A stretch of DNA of 64,000 bases from Candidatus Bathyarchaeota archaeon (lineage in GTDB: Archaea > Thermoproteota > Bathyarchaeia > Bathyarchaeales > Bathycorpusculaceae): positions 320,001-384,000 of the forward strand of contig CAWEPZ010000002.1 of assembly GCA_963811105.1 (NCBI GenBank), in the 5' to 3' direction. This document shows positions 28,560-39,124 of this stretch, piece after piece. A program made the position numbers and the translations under genes. How positions within the stretch are numbered: position 1 is the first letter of the stretch; each line of letters starts with the position of its first letter. Below the pieces are notes generated by a model, which did no database searches, was not told where the DNA came from, and saw only the letters and a program-made list of their open reading frames with translations.

Positions 28560-31376
28560 TTATTTTTTCCTGAGTATTAGGACGCCGAGTATAGCGATTG
28601 CAATGATTATTGCGATGCCTACAGCAACTATGTTCGTCGTTACGTCTGCCGCAGTAGCAGCGTTTGAAGGCGCGGTTGGTGTTGGTGACGCTACCGGTGC
28701 ATTTACAACGGTTGCGGCTGTTTCGGCGTATGAGCTACCATAGGCGTTAGTTCCTGCGAAGGTTGCAGATATCTTGTAGTCGCCTGCAATTGTTGGAGTC
28801 CATTTGAAAGAGTATGTTCCGCTGACGTCGCTTGTGGTGTCTCCAATGTGGACAAAGTTATTATTTGAATCAACAGTGTTGATTGATATTGGGACGCCGG
28901 TAACGGTGATATTGTGATATAGTCCATCAATCGGCATTTGCATATTTAGGTAATCCATCCATGTTGCCATTGAAGCGTCAGAGACACATGGTGTGCTTGG
29001 CTGGTTTGGTGACATGTCAAGTACTGTACCGATAATGACTGCTGTTGTTCCAACAGTTATTTGTGTTTGTGGCGCTGAAACTGTAGTTGCGCTCTTGCCT
29101 TTGCCTAATATGTAGAGTTTGCCGTCATAGTTGCTGCCTGCTGCAATATAGCCGCTTGATGCTGCTGCAACTGACATACGTGTACCCATAATCTTCCAAA
29201 GTAATTGGCCTGTAGTTGCGTTAAGGGCCATTAGCCCCCAGCCTCTCGTCGGTGGCAGTGTTGGTGTATGCTCGCTGTTTGATACGTAAACTATTCCGTC
29301 AGCTCCGCCAGTGCCCATAACTCTAATGTCTTGAACAGAGTAGTCTGTCTGGTATGTACCATTGTCGTAAGTTGAGTATGGAGTTTCGAATGGAACTGCT
29401 ACGTCAGCGTAGTGCCATACGATAGCTCCGTTGGTCTCGTTAAGGCAATAAGTGCCCGTGTAGCCGACCGCGTACAATAGTTGCCCGTATGCTGCTTCAT
29501 CATACATCCAGAAGATACCCCAAGGATACTGAGTCGGTATATTAGGATCTGAAATTGTTGTGTTCCAAATGATTTTACCGGTTGTTTCACTGCGGGCTTG
29601 GATAAAGCCTCGTTCCATCTCATACGCGTATATGCCGTCTCTGCACCAACCGTTGGTTGGTCTATAGGCATCAACTTGCTCGCTCTTATCAGTCGTTATG
29701 TTCCAGAGAACTTGTCCTGTTACTAGACTTGTGGCAACGAAGCCATCACCATAGAAGCCACCTTGCATAAACCTGTGTTGAGTAATAGAAATACCAGTAT
29801 CTGGGTCATAAGCACCGTAACCGTAACCAAAGTTTGGCTCATAGAGAGTTCTGAAGCTTTCAGGCAAAGTAACTGATATGTTGCTAACGAGTCTTCCGCC
29901 ACTCGCAACTGGTGCGAAGCTTGATGTGGTTCCTTGCTCTGTCCAGTTGACCATGTAGCCGTTGTATGCAAGAGTAACTGCGACACCATCGTAGATTGAG
30001 GTAGTAGAGTTTTTCCATTGGAAGCTTAAGATATAGCCATTTTTCATGAAGAAGTTAGGAATGTCTGATACCAAGCTCACCTGTGAGGGTGATCCTGGAA
30101 TCACCTGAGTTACTGTTCCGACTCTGGTAATGAATGGAATTGTTATATTCGATGTCACTGCGCCAGTGTTCGGGTTAATCTTAACTAAGAATGATGCACT
30201 GTTGTTTGCTGATCCAGAGTATATTGTATAAACGTCAACTCCATATGCCGCGTCTGCTGCTGCTCCGGGGACTGCTGTGTCGGTTCCTGACCAGTAAGCA
30301 ATGGCAGTTGGGGTTATTCCGGTCCCGCCAGGATTAGTATAGTATAGTATGTCATAATAAATTTGGCCTGTTTGCAAATCATAGCATTCAGCATAAGTTT
30401 GCGGTGCACCACCGTTGATAGATTTTGTCACAGTTGTGTATGCTCTTCCCATGTAGATAAGGCTCGGAGTGTTAGCTGGACCTGCACTGCTTGGGCCGAC
30501 AACGGTTGCCTGATTGCCTGTGTCTCCACCAAGAATACCGGACATTGCACCTACTTTGCTCCATACAATGTGCGGAGTATTGACTGCTGGAACATATGGA
30601 CCGTACCACTCATCATGCACGCTGTTTGTAGCTTGGGTATTCCCAAGGTTGCCAAAGTATTGGCTTGGCCAGTTTCCTGCAACTAGGTTCCAGTTTCTGT
30701 TGTTTGGTTCAATTGGATGTGACCAGTAGTCTGTTGGCGCTGGTGCAATCAGACCGTCCCATGATGCCACTACGTTCTGTTGAACAGTTAGGTTCATGAT
30801 TTGGGAAGTAGCAGGGTTAACGTAGTCTGATGGGTTGTAGATCCAACCGCTAACAAATGTTACAGAGTAGTTTCCGTTACTGTAGTAGCCTGCTGGGTAG
30901 TATTCGCCTGGAAATGCCAACTGGAAACGATAGACGCCTAAATCTGTGGGTATGTAGTTAAACCAGCTAGTGCCGTCTGCCACGTAGGACTGAAGGTTAA
31001 CAGTTTCGGTAGTGCCATCTGGCTTCGTTATTGTGACAACGTATCCGTTCATGAATTTGCCTTCTCCTGATGGGAAGGTAATCCACATGTTAACTAGCGC
31101 TAATTGACCTACACCAATTGGGTTAGGTGAAACACTAATGTACGCAATTGGGCTAATTGTGTAGTTAACTGTTACACCTGCGGGTGGTGTTATTGGACCA
31201 ATGTAGCCTTGTTGTGTTGGTGCTTGGCCGTGAACGCCTTCCACATTTTGCGCACGTACTGGAATGACAGCGATGATCATAGAGAAAATGAGGAGTGTTG
31301 AAAGAATTGCAACGATCGATTTTGTTCTTTCTGCGGTATTTAGGGAATTCTTTAGTAAACATATTATATTTTTCAA
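28560..31376 (-). CDS. Large secreted, membrane-anchored protein with PQQ-like beta-propeller repeats
   Basis: Signal peptide; SVSPNPIGVGQ Ig-like start; repeated ALNATTG..LW / CLNETNG.IVW motifs; C-terminal TM followed by RKK. Confidence 0.85.
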   Translation of the reverse strand: MKNIICLLKNSLNTAERTKSIVAILSTLLIFSMIIAVIPVRAQNVEGVHGQAPTQQGYIGPITPPAGVTVNYTISPIAYISVSPNPIGVGQLALVNMWITFPSGEGKFMNGYVVTITKPDGTTETVNLQSYVADGTSWFNYIPTDLGVYRFQLAFPGEYYPAGYYSNGNYSVTFVSGWIYNPSDYVNPATSQIMNLTVQQNVVASWDGLIAPAPTDYWSHPIEPNNRNWNLVAGNWPSQYFGNLGNTQATNSVHDEWYGPYVPAVNTPHIVWSKVGAMSGILGGDTGNQATVVGPSSAGPANTPSLIYMGRAYTTVTKSINGGAPQTYAECYDLQTGQIYYDILYYTNPGGTGITPTAIAYWSGTDTAVPGAAADAAYGVDVYTIYSGSANNSASFLVKINPNTGAVTSNITIPFITRVGTVTQVIPGSPSQVSLVSDIPNFFMKNGYILSFQWKNSTTSIYDGVAVTLAYNGYMVNWTEQGTTSSFAPVASGGRLVSNISVTLPESFRTLYEPNFGYGYGAYDPDTGISITQHRFMQGGFYGDGFVATSLVTGQVLWNITTDKSEQVDAYRPTNGWCRDGIYAYEMERGFIQARSETTGKIIWNTTISDPNIPTQYPWGIFWMYDEAAYGQLLYAVGYTGTYCLNETNGAIVWHYADVAVPFETPYSTYDNGTYQTDYSVQDIRVMGTGGADGIVYVSNSEHTPTLPPTRGWGLMALNATTGQLLWKIMGTRMSVAAASSGYIAAGSNYDGKLYILGKGKSATTVSAPQTQITVGTTAVIIGTVLDMSPNQPSTPCVSDASMATWMDYLNMQMPIDGLYHNITVTGVPISINTVDSNNNFVHIGDTTSDVSGTYSFKWTPTIAGDYKISATFAGTNAYGSSYAETAATVVNAPVASPTPTAPSNAATAADVTTNIVAVGIAIIIAIAILGVLILRKK

Positions 31377-31685
31377 TTTTTCTTTTCTTCCTTATTTTTT
31401 TATTGAGGAGAAAAACGAGTATTTTCACTCACTCCTCAATCTAGTTTTGTTTAGCAAAAAGTCTCTTATAAAGATAGTGCACAATAGACTTTGGCTAAAA
31501 ATAATGAATATAGGGGTCTTTTTGCTTTTCTTGGTTTCGCTTTTTTGAGCTTTTTGAACTGCGATCCAAAGCGCTACAGGAACAGTCCCTGCTTGTCTGC
31601 AGAAACTAGCCAAAAACTCCATTTCAATCTGCCAATGTTTGGGTAAAAAGCAATATAACACTTACTATCAACACAACACTGGAGA

Positions 31686-32732
31686 ATGTTTAATTTGGAT
31701 GCGGCAAAAAAGAGAGCGTTTGCCAAAGATTTCTATAGTCGCCAAATAACAATGAAAGAACTGGGTGAAAAAGGTCAAGCGCGTTTGTCTAAGTCCAAAG
31801 TGGCTGTTGTCGGTGCAGGTGGTTTAGGTGCGATCTCTTCGCTTTATCTTGCTTTAGCTGGTGTTGGCTACATTCGCTTGATTGACCAGGATACCGTTGA
31901 GTTGCAGAATCTTCACCGCCAAATCCTCTACACTAGCGCTGATTTGCATTATCCAAAAGCTGAAATAGCCGCAAAACGTCTGCAAGAACTAAACCCGCTA
32001 ATTGAGACTGAAGCTTTTTCTGAAAACGCAAACGCCCGCAACGTCGATCGGCTTTTGCAAGATGTAGATTGTGTTGTTGACGGTTTAGATAACATGGTGA
32101 CACGGTACCTAGTTAACCGGACCTGCGTAAAACTAAAAATTCCCTACGTTTTCGGGGCGGCCATCGGAATAGAAGGCAACCTCTCGGTGTTTGCTCCGCC
32201 TGAAACGGGTTGCTTAGAATGTTTGATGCCTAACCTCTCTGACAACGACTTGCTAACGTGCAGCACTCGTGGTGTGATTGGAGCCACGCCTGGAGTGATT
32301 GGTGCTTTGCAAGCTATGGAAACCATAAAACTGTTGGCTGGAGTGGGGCAGACTTTGAAGGGCAAACTGTTGGTCTGCGACTTCAGCGACATGGACTTCA
32401 CAGTAATTGACATATCTAAGAGCACTCGCTGTCCCGTTTGTCATGGCGATTTGTCTGGGGTTGTGGCCAGTGAACGACTGGTTTGGCTTTGCGGAAGAGA
32501 TACAGCTAACATTAACCCAGAAAAACCGCTGCGACTGAACCTTGATGAAGTTTACTCCGTAGTGAATAAGCAGTTTAGTGTTCGTTTGAAGTCACGTTTA
32601 GCCATCATGTTCAACTACAAGGAATATGAAGTTAGCCTCTTCAATGGAGGACGCATGCTTATAAAAGGCGTGACCGATGAAAAGAAGGCGTTAGCAGTTT
32701 ATCGAGAAATACTAAAAAAACTTGAATCCTGA
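31686..32732 (+). CDS. HesA/MoeB/ThiF family adenylyltransferase (E1-like) with C-terminal extension
   Basis: YSRQ, GAGGLG, NLHRQ, CLEC, TC...G and CPVC motifs. Confidence 0.92.
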   Translation: MFNLDAAKKRAFAKDFYSRQITMKELGEKGQARLSKSKVAVVGAGGLGAISSLYLALAGVGYIRLIDQDTVELQNLHRQILYTSADLHYPKAEIAAKRLQELNPLIETEAFSENANARNVDRLLQDVDCVVDGLDNMVTRYLVNRTCVKLKIPYVFGAAIGIEGNLSVFAPPETGCLECLMPNLSDNDLLTCSTRGVIGATPGVIGALQAMETIKLLAGVGQTLKGKLLVCDFSDMDFTVIDISKSTRCPVCHGDLSGVVASERLVWLCGRDTANINPEKPLRLNLDEVYSVVNKQFSVRLKSRLAIMFNYKEYEVSLFNGGRMLIKGVTDEKKALAVYREILKKLES

Positions 32733-33117
32733 ATTTAGCTCTGCCCGCAAAACCAAAGATGATAGCTCTCTGAGAACATTAGGTTTTAAACTACGTTGGG
32801 ATTGCTCATTTTGTATCGTTTTATTTACTCAACATAAATGTTGCCCATTTCGTTAATGAGGACATTTTCTTCTACACACATCCTGTAACTACTAGAGAAT
32901 CACAAAGCCTACGGCGGCGTAGTTTGAAGTGAAGATGCTCGAAGCCATATTTATCGAAAGAGTATGACGCCAAATACTACTCTTATGGGTATCTGCCAAT
33001 CAAAGGGTTTAGAAAATCATTGATTATCGCGAGTAGTGTTAGTGTTTGTTAATTTATTTTGAAGAGGTGCGCAACAATTTATAAGCGAAAGAAAATTTTG
33101 GGAAGTTTGTTGCCTTA

Positions 33118-34653
33118 TCAGTTATGCTTTTCAGAATTATTATGTTCGTTGCAGTTGTTTTGGGATTGAGAAATGTCCAATTGCCCTAACTTTGGAACCA
33201 AGATTGCAGCGTCAGGGCTACCTATGCCTGTAGGTGCGTCCCAGCTGCGTGTTGCTTTGTACCCTTGTAAAGTGTTGCCTGTGGGGTATGTGTTATCGCC
33301 AAGTATTATGTCATGGAAAGCGCCAGCTTTGTAATAGGTGTCTCTGTTGGCGTATAATTGAGGATTAATGAATCCGAGATTATGATGCGTATACTGACAT
33401 GCAATAGCTGTCAATGCTGCCCAGAATGGTGGACCTGCGCTCGTTCCACCGCCGATGCCTATCATTGGCGCACTTGGAGTGGCAGCACTTAAAAATATGG
33501 CACCCAGCCCGCCGTAGACTCCGCTGTCGAACGAAACATCTGAAGTACACCTTCCTGTGGGTTTCATCCTTGTTCCCCATGTGTCGGTTAGAGTTATTCC
33601 TTTTTGCCATGTTGGTAATGGGAACAATGAACTCACCGCGCCTCCCGTAGTCGCCATGTCGAAAGGCGTTGGGAATCCGTCAGCAACCATGGCTTGGTAG
33701 TCATTGCCCGCAATTTCATAGGAATATTTTGTGCCTATGTGATTTTGTCCGTCCCATGACTGCGTCCCTTCCATGAAACCGTCGGAACAAGTCATGAACA
33801 GATTTGTTCCGCCTACTGCTGTGACATATGGGTCAGATGATGGGAACATAGCATTGTTTACAGGTGCACCGTTTGCTGCTCCCCAGTCTCCAGCAGAAGC
33901 AAACACGGTTATGCCTGAATTTGAAGCTGACTTGTAGATGTCATCAGCTGCGCGTACCTGATTGAGTGCTTGGGGTCTTGTTAAACTAATCTCTGGCGTA
34001 CCCCAGCTCAAAGAAATTGTGGAGCCTAAGTGGTGGGTAATGGCGTAGTTCACTGCATAATCAAGAGGTTTATTGCCATCGTTTGGGGCAATCACTAAAG
34101 CGATGTCTGCTTTTGGAGCTATAGCATGAACCATGTCAACGTCGAGGGTTACTTCAGTGCTCCATATGAGTTGGTTTGGATCTTTGGCGTTAAAAACTGG
34201 TTTTCCAAGTGGATAGTATATTTGCAGGTGATTTTTCGCTTCAGCCATGGTTGTCCAGGGCAGGTTTGCAGCATAAGTATTTTGCCATTGTATGAAAGTT
34301 AACAGGTCTTGATAGATTGTTGGGCTACCGTATGCATCGACAATGACTACTGTTTGGCCTCTGCCGTCGTATCCCGCTGAATATAGCTGATTTAAGTCAT
34401 AAGCATTACGCAACTCGAACACTGTGTTCCCCATAAATCCATCTGCATAAGCTTGCGATATAGCTATCTTCGGATTCGTCCCATATTGATATGTTGACCC
34501 TGATGTCAATTGCGAGTAGTTATTACCGTTATAGTTTGGGGTGGTCAAGGTTGTACTAGTTGCAGCATGTGCTTGGGGGAGAGCGAAGATGCAAACTAAC
34601 AAAAAAGTTAATAATAATAAACTGGCCAATCGTACTTTTCTCAAACATATCAC
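33118..34653 (-). CDS. Secreted S53 (sedolisin/kumamolisin) serine-carboxyl protease
   Basis: Signal peptide; EVTLD, SAGDWG and GGTSAG catalytic motifs; Ca-site HDI...WDAPTGIGSP. Confidence 0.9.
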   Translation of the reverse strand: MICLRKVRLASLLLLTFLLVCIFALPQAHAATSTTLTTPNYNGNNYSQLTSGSTYQYGTNPKIAISQAYADGFMGNTVFELRNAYDLNQLYSAGYDGRGQTVVIVDAYGSPTIYQDLLTFIQWQNTYAANLPWTTMAEAKNHLQIYYPLGKPVFNAKDPNQLIWSTEVTLDVDMVHAIAPKADIALVIAPNDGNKPLDYAVNYAITHHLGSTISLSWGTPEISLTRPQALNQVRAADDIYKSASNSGITVFASAGDWGAANGAPVNNAMFPSSDPYVTAVGGTNLFMTCSDGFMEGTQSWDGQNHIGTKYSYEIAGNDYQAMVADGFPTPFDMATTGGAVSSLFPLPTWQKGITLTDTWGTRMKPTGRCTSDVSFDSGVYGGLGAIFLSAATPSAPMIGIGGGTSAGPPFWAALTAIACQYTHHNLGFINPQLYANRDTYYKAGAFHDIILGDNTYPTGNTLQGYKATRSWDAPTGIGSPDAAILVPKLGQLDISQSQNNCNEHNNSEKHN

Positions 34654-34811
34654 TGGGTTTATTTATCAAAACACAGCCCTATATGCTTTATTGTTGCTCA
34701 ATATAGAATATAACTGGTCTGAGAGTCAAAACAAACTCACGAGGTCTAAATTCGTTAACCACTTGGCGATAAAAAATGAATAACTGAAGAAAGTCATGTA
34801 AATTAAGATTG

Positions 34812-35003
34812 CTAACCTTCAGATAATGATATGTTTAGGCTACCGTCCTTTTTTATAACGTGAATTAAGAGTTGCTTGCCTCGGAAGAGTTTTAGCAAGT
34901 CATGGTATTCCCTGGGAAAAACAAGCGCGATGCGGTCATACTCGTAGGATATTCTGTGGTTCTTGTACCATCTTTTTGACTTATCAAACCGAAGCTTCAC
35001 CAA
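34812..35003 (-). CDS. Small basic hypothetical protein downstream of polB2
   Basis: 63 aa; AAGGA upstream; starts 10 nt after the polB2 stop. Confidence 0.6.
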   Translation of the reverse strand: MVKLRFDKSKRWYKNHRISYEYDRIALVFPREYHDLLKLFRGKQLLIHVIKKDGSLNISLSEG

Positions 35004-35013
35004 ACAAATTCCT

Positions 35014-37305
35014 TCAGTATTTCAAGAGGCTCTTTTGTTTTTGTTCTCTGACTGCTTCATAGATTAATTCGGTAGTGTAGCCTTCGAAGCTAAGCAGATT
35101 CGCCGCGGAAGAATAAAGAAGCGCGAGATATTTTTTGATGTCAGGTTCTACGCCGTTCTCAATCAACAGAGCAGCTTTAACTCGTCGTTCATGCCGCTTG
35201 TCTTTAGAATGTGTAAAAAGAAACTTTACACTGTTTCCTGCATGAACTTCAGCACCCTCCTTAATCAACTGCTCCGCAGCGATGACCTGGCTGACGTGTT
35301 GACGGTACCGCTCTGGCTTTCTTGACATACGCTTAGATATGATCAAGTCCTCGATTGGAACTTCGCCATTTAATAGTTTCTGGCGATACTTTTTCACAAC
35401 TTCCAGAGCAAATGGGATATTCTTACGCAGTTCATCGGTATTGTTTGCAGCAGCCAGCGCGTCGATCATTTCTGTTTGGGAATCAAATACAAAGCGGGGC
35501 GTATCCCTTCGGCGGATTTCCAAGCCTCGCACTTTAATTTTGCCATCTTCCATCACCCCATAATAACGGTTCAAAACACCTACTCGAGGGTGAGTTTTAG
35601 AAGGCAAGAAAACTATCCATTTGTAGCGTCCTTCAAAATTAATTGGCGCTCCTGACTGCTCAGTTATAGCTTTACAAAGGCTTTCGTAATCTTGTAGGCT
35701 GGCACTTGGTTTTTTGAGCCAAAGCGAATCCACAATGCCATGAATCACTTCAAACCCCCGCTTTTCTGCCGTATGTGACGCATTTAGTAGAGCTTCTCTG
35801 CCAAAAGCGCAAACCCCAATGTGGCCGTCCACGGTGCCGAATTTCGCGTTTTTGTAGCCAAGATAGCCAAAGCAAGTAACCAAAATCCATTTCAGAGCTA
35901 TCTGCCGGTTATCGTAGACTTCTCTAAGATGTGGGTCAGAGGCTTCTTTTTTCATTTTCTTATAATAGAGACGTTTGTCGACGATGAACTTTAGGGTTTT
36001 CGGTACTATGCCAACGCGTTTGGTGCATATGTGATAGTTTAGTTCGGGGATGCGTTTGGTCGAGTCTGGGCAGCATTTGCACAAGACTGTTTCTGCTGAT
36101 ATGTTGTTGTTTGCCATGATGCTGGGATACATACTGCTGAAATCTACTTCGCCAACGTAGTCATGTGCACCAACCCTTGGTTCGTACACCATTCCTCCGC
36201 GGTCGCCAACAAGGAGCTCATACGCGGATTTGAAGGCTTCAGGGATGCTTTTGTTTCTTGGAATAAGCACGTCGTCTTTTATGGCTTGGTAAAACTGCAA
36301 CGAGGACATGCTTGAGCCTATCGAGTTTCTTGCAGCAGTATGAAGTGGTACTCGGCAAGTTCTGGCAATCTCGATTAAACCATCGAGTCCTGCTTCAGAT
36401 AAGATGAAGGTGTTGCTTTTGTCGACGTGGATTCTTCCATAAAGTCTAATGGGGCCAGCTCGATAAAATGTGCGACCGTAAGAGAAGAAAGTTTTACCTG
36501 AAGGTGTTTTCGAAGAAAATGGTGTACTATCTCTGCTTAAAGTAAATTTGTCAGTGACATTGTTTATGGTTGCGCGCTCTGTTAGATAAGGAAAAAGATG
36601 TGAGTCGCCTCCTTTAGTCACAAGGATATCGGGGTCAAACTTTCGGACTGCCTGGACGAGTTGAAGAAGTTTTTCTGCTTCATCGTGGCAGTCAATTTGT
36701 GTTTCTTCTTGCTCTTGGCTCACCTGAATTATGCCTATGGGATCGTTGAAGTCGGCGATTTTGTTTTTCTTGGCAACTTCCACCTTCAATTTCATAACTC
36801 GCAATGGCGGAACCGCATAATCAGTGCGGGCTACTGAGTCAAGCAAGGTGTATTGGAGACCTGACTTTTCAACTTTAGCTTCCACGAGCGCAAGGGGAAA
36901 GATGTCATGGCTGAAAAAGTAAGCTCGGTCTCCTTTCAAATCGCAGTTGGAAACCTGATAGCGCATATAATCGCCCAACCTTAGAATAATGTTTGTCAGG
37001 GTCATTGTTCTTCTACAGTCCTTAAGCGTAAGCTCTAGAACTTTGGTTTTCTCTGCATCCGTGGGCTGAGCATACTTGTATGCAAAACCCCATTTTGCCA
37101 CATCGGTGCTGTTGTAGAGTTTTCCAATCAGGGGTTCTATGTTGTCTTGTTTTGATGAAACATAGATTTTAGGCTGAAAATTGTCAGTTAAGCGTATTCT
37201 TTGTCCGGATTCGCTGATGATCCAGACCGTGATTTCGCCTTCGTTTGAAGGGTAGGCATCAAGTATCCAGCCTTTAATTTTGCAGGGACAGCTAATTGAG
37301 ATCAC
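35014..37305 (-). CDS. polB2: Family B DNA polymerase, PolB2 group
   Basis: DFSSMYPS, KWILVTCFGY and variant motif C HGIVDSLW; degenerate exonuclease motifs; GGAGGGA precedes GTG 37305. Confidence 0.88.
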   Translation of the reverse strand: MISISCPCKIKGWILDAYPSNEGEITVWIISESGQRIRLTDNFQPKIYVSSKQDNIEPLIGKLYNSTDVAKWGFAYKYAQPTDAEKTKVLELTLKDCRRTMTLTNIILRLGDYMRYQVSNCDLKGDRAYFFSHDIFPLALVEAKVEKSGLQYTLLDSVARTDYAVPPLRVMKLKVEVAKKNKIADFNDPIGIIQVSQEQEETQIDCHDEAEKLLQLVQAVRKFDPDILVTKGGDSHLFPYLTERATINNVTDKFTLSRDSTPFSSKTPSGKTFFSYGRTFYRAGPIRLYGRIHVDKSNTFILSEAGLDGLIEIARTCRVPLHTAARNSIGSSMSSLQFYQAIKDDVLIPRNKSIPEAFKSAYELLVGDRGGMVYEPRVGAHDYVGEVDFSSMYPSIMANNNISAETVLCKCCPDSTKRIPELNYHICTKRVGIVPKTLKFIVDKRLYYKKMKKEASDPHLREVYDNRQIALKWILVTCFGYLGYKNAKFGTVDGHIGVCAFGREALLNASHTAEKRGFEVIHGIVDSLWLKKPSASLQDYESLCKAITEQSGAPINFEGRYKWIVFLPSKTHPRVGVLNRYYGVMEDGKIKVRGLEIRRRDTPRFVFDSQTEMIDALAAANNTDELRKNIPFALEVVKKYRQKLLNGEVPIEDLIISKRMSRKPERYRQHVSQVIAAEQLIKEGAEVHAGNSVKFLFTHSKDKRHERRVKAALLIENGVEPDIKKYLALLYSSAANLLSFEGYTTELIYEAVREQKQKSLLKY

Positions 37306-37560
37306 TAAATTCCCTCCAACGTTCGTAAATGACAACTTTCTCCCAAAAGTTGAGGGATAGCAAAAGGCATTTTTGAGTTTTTAAACACTAACTCCAAACG
37401 ACTTTATTGAACAGGGGAGACTGCAGTGAAAGTAAACAAGAGTCAGGCTTCATAACTGGCGGTTCAGCAAAATAGGGTTTGTAATGTTCCTATAGCTTTT
37501 AGGTGAAGAATGAGCTTAGTCAGAACTTTCTTTACTAAAAATATTTCGCTCCTCTCTCAA

Positions 37561-37765
37561 TTATTGTAGGTGAAAGCCTAGGCTAAGTTCAGCCCACAAC
37601 ACAGCCGATGCAATAGTAACCTGTGCAATAGACAGGACGGCGCCGACTCTGAGGTATTCTTTAAGGCTAAGATTGACGCCTCTGCACCTCATCATCTCCA
37701 TCCACATCAAGATCGCAAGCGACCCAAGAGGGAAGAAGTGTGGCCCCAAATTGTTTCCGAACTAT
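37561..37765 (-). pseudogene. C-terminal fragment of an ArsB/NhaD-family transporter
   Basis: GNNLGPHFFPLGSLAILMW...SLKEYLRVG is typical of the last helices of the family; upstream frame closed by a stop, N-terminal ~350 aa absent. Confidence 0.7.
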
Positions 37766-37853
37766 TCCATGTATTTTACCAACGGAGTTGCAATGTAATC
37801 AGTCATTCGGAACTCTTAACTAAATAATCATAATTAATTGTCAATGGATAACT

Positions 37854-38072
37854 ATGAAAAATTCTGAATGCACAATCTACATCATGTTCGATGAAAGGTG
37901 GCTACAGAAGTTCAGAAAGGAAGAAGACGGTTGGAAAGAATACAGCCGAAACGGTACTGTTCGCTCATGTACTGCAGAACAATTTATCTCCCATATCCTT
38001 CCACCTTTAGCTGGAATAAAAGGACCAAACGTCACCGTCAAAGTTGAACCTGACAATAAGACTAAAATTTAA
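37854..38072 (+). CDS. Small hypothetical protein
   Basis: 72-aa ORF with plausible composition; family not recognised. Confidence 0.6.
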   Translation: MKNSECTIYIMFDERWLQKFRKEEDGWKEYSRNGTVRSCTAEQFISHILPPLAGIKGPNVTVKVEPDNKTKI

Positions 38073-38251
38073 TGTACGAAAAACTCAACTTAGTTCTTAA
38101 TAAGTTGCTCCTTTTGGGAAATTGTTTTTGTTTAATCAGGAAGGTTGGATTAAAACCCAAATAACGAATGAAACATACCACGTTCCTATCTTTTCCAAAG
38201 AAGCTTAAAACTTTTAAAATAAACAACATATACAATATAGAAGGTGATACT

Positions 38252-39124
38252 ATGAACAGGCTGTCTAGACCTAAAGCACCATTTATTCTTGCGGTGGCAT
38301 TAGCCTTTTTCATATACCTACTCATTATATTTGTGAATTCATTTCCAGCCGATTATAGAATAGCAATTAGAGATGTGGCGCAGTTTTCGAGCAGCGGATC
38401 TTTAATGCCTCTGTTTCAACTTGGTTCGGAGTTAACCGGTGAAGTTGGAGTAGTTCTTCGTTTTGCCGGCGCATTCATTTTATTGTCTTTCGTCGTTTTG
38501 CTTTTGATAGAAAAAAGGGTTTCTTGGTCACTTCTAAGAAAAGCTGTTCTGCTTGAAGGTATCTATTACTTATTCAATATACCTTTTATTATCTATCTGC
38601 TCGTGAGAACTAACGCCTCAACTGCAACTTATGGCGCTGCAATATCTTATTCATTGCAAATTCTCTTCGTAACCCCAATATTTGTCGCGCTTTACTTCAA
38701 GCTCAGAGACAAGACTTTTGAGATTTCAGAAGTTACAAAGTGGGGTGCGCTAGCAGTCACGGGTTTCATCTTTGGTCTTTGGGCAAAGCATTTTTTACTG
38801 GCAATCTATGCTTTACCACTTGATTTTTCTAACTTAACATTTTTAGTTGGCTTTCTTAATTCAGCCTTAACTATGTTGATTGCTGGCATAATTATGATTG
38901 TTGTTCTTATGCCTCTTTACCGAAAGAAGAGCGCTTCATTTAACACTAAAGCATTGGGGGCAGCTTTAGTTCTTGCTGGATTATACGCAATAATCTTTGT
39001 GCTTATCGCTTTATTCAATGTAGAGTATATGCGATGGATTAGCTTGATTGACTGGTGGACGATGATTTTTGTAGTTGTTGGCATCGGTTTTCTAATTCTT
39101 AAAAGGATTCACAATACTGAATGA
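38252..39124 (+). CDS. Multi-pass membrane protein of unknown function
   Basis: About 8 hydrophobic segments; GGTGA precedes ATG 38252. Confidence 0.8.
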   Translation: MNRLSRPKAPFILAVALAFFIYLLIIFVNSFPADYRIAIRDVAQFSSSGSLMPLFQLGSELTGEVGVVLRFAGAFILLSFVVLLLIEKRVSWSLLRKAVLLEGIYYLFNIPFIIYLLVRTNASTATYGAAISYSLQILFVTPIFVALYFKLRDKTFEISEVTKWGALAVTGFIFGLWAKHFLLAIYALPLDFSNLTFLVGFLNSALTMLIAGIIMIVVLMPLYRKKSASFNTKALGAALVLAGLYAIIFVLIALFNVEYMRWISLIDWWTMIFVVVGIGFLILKRIHNTE

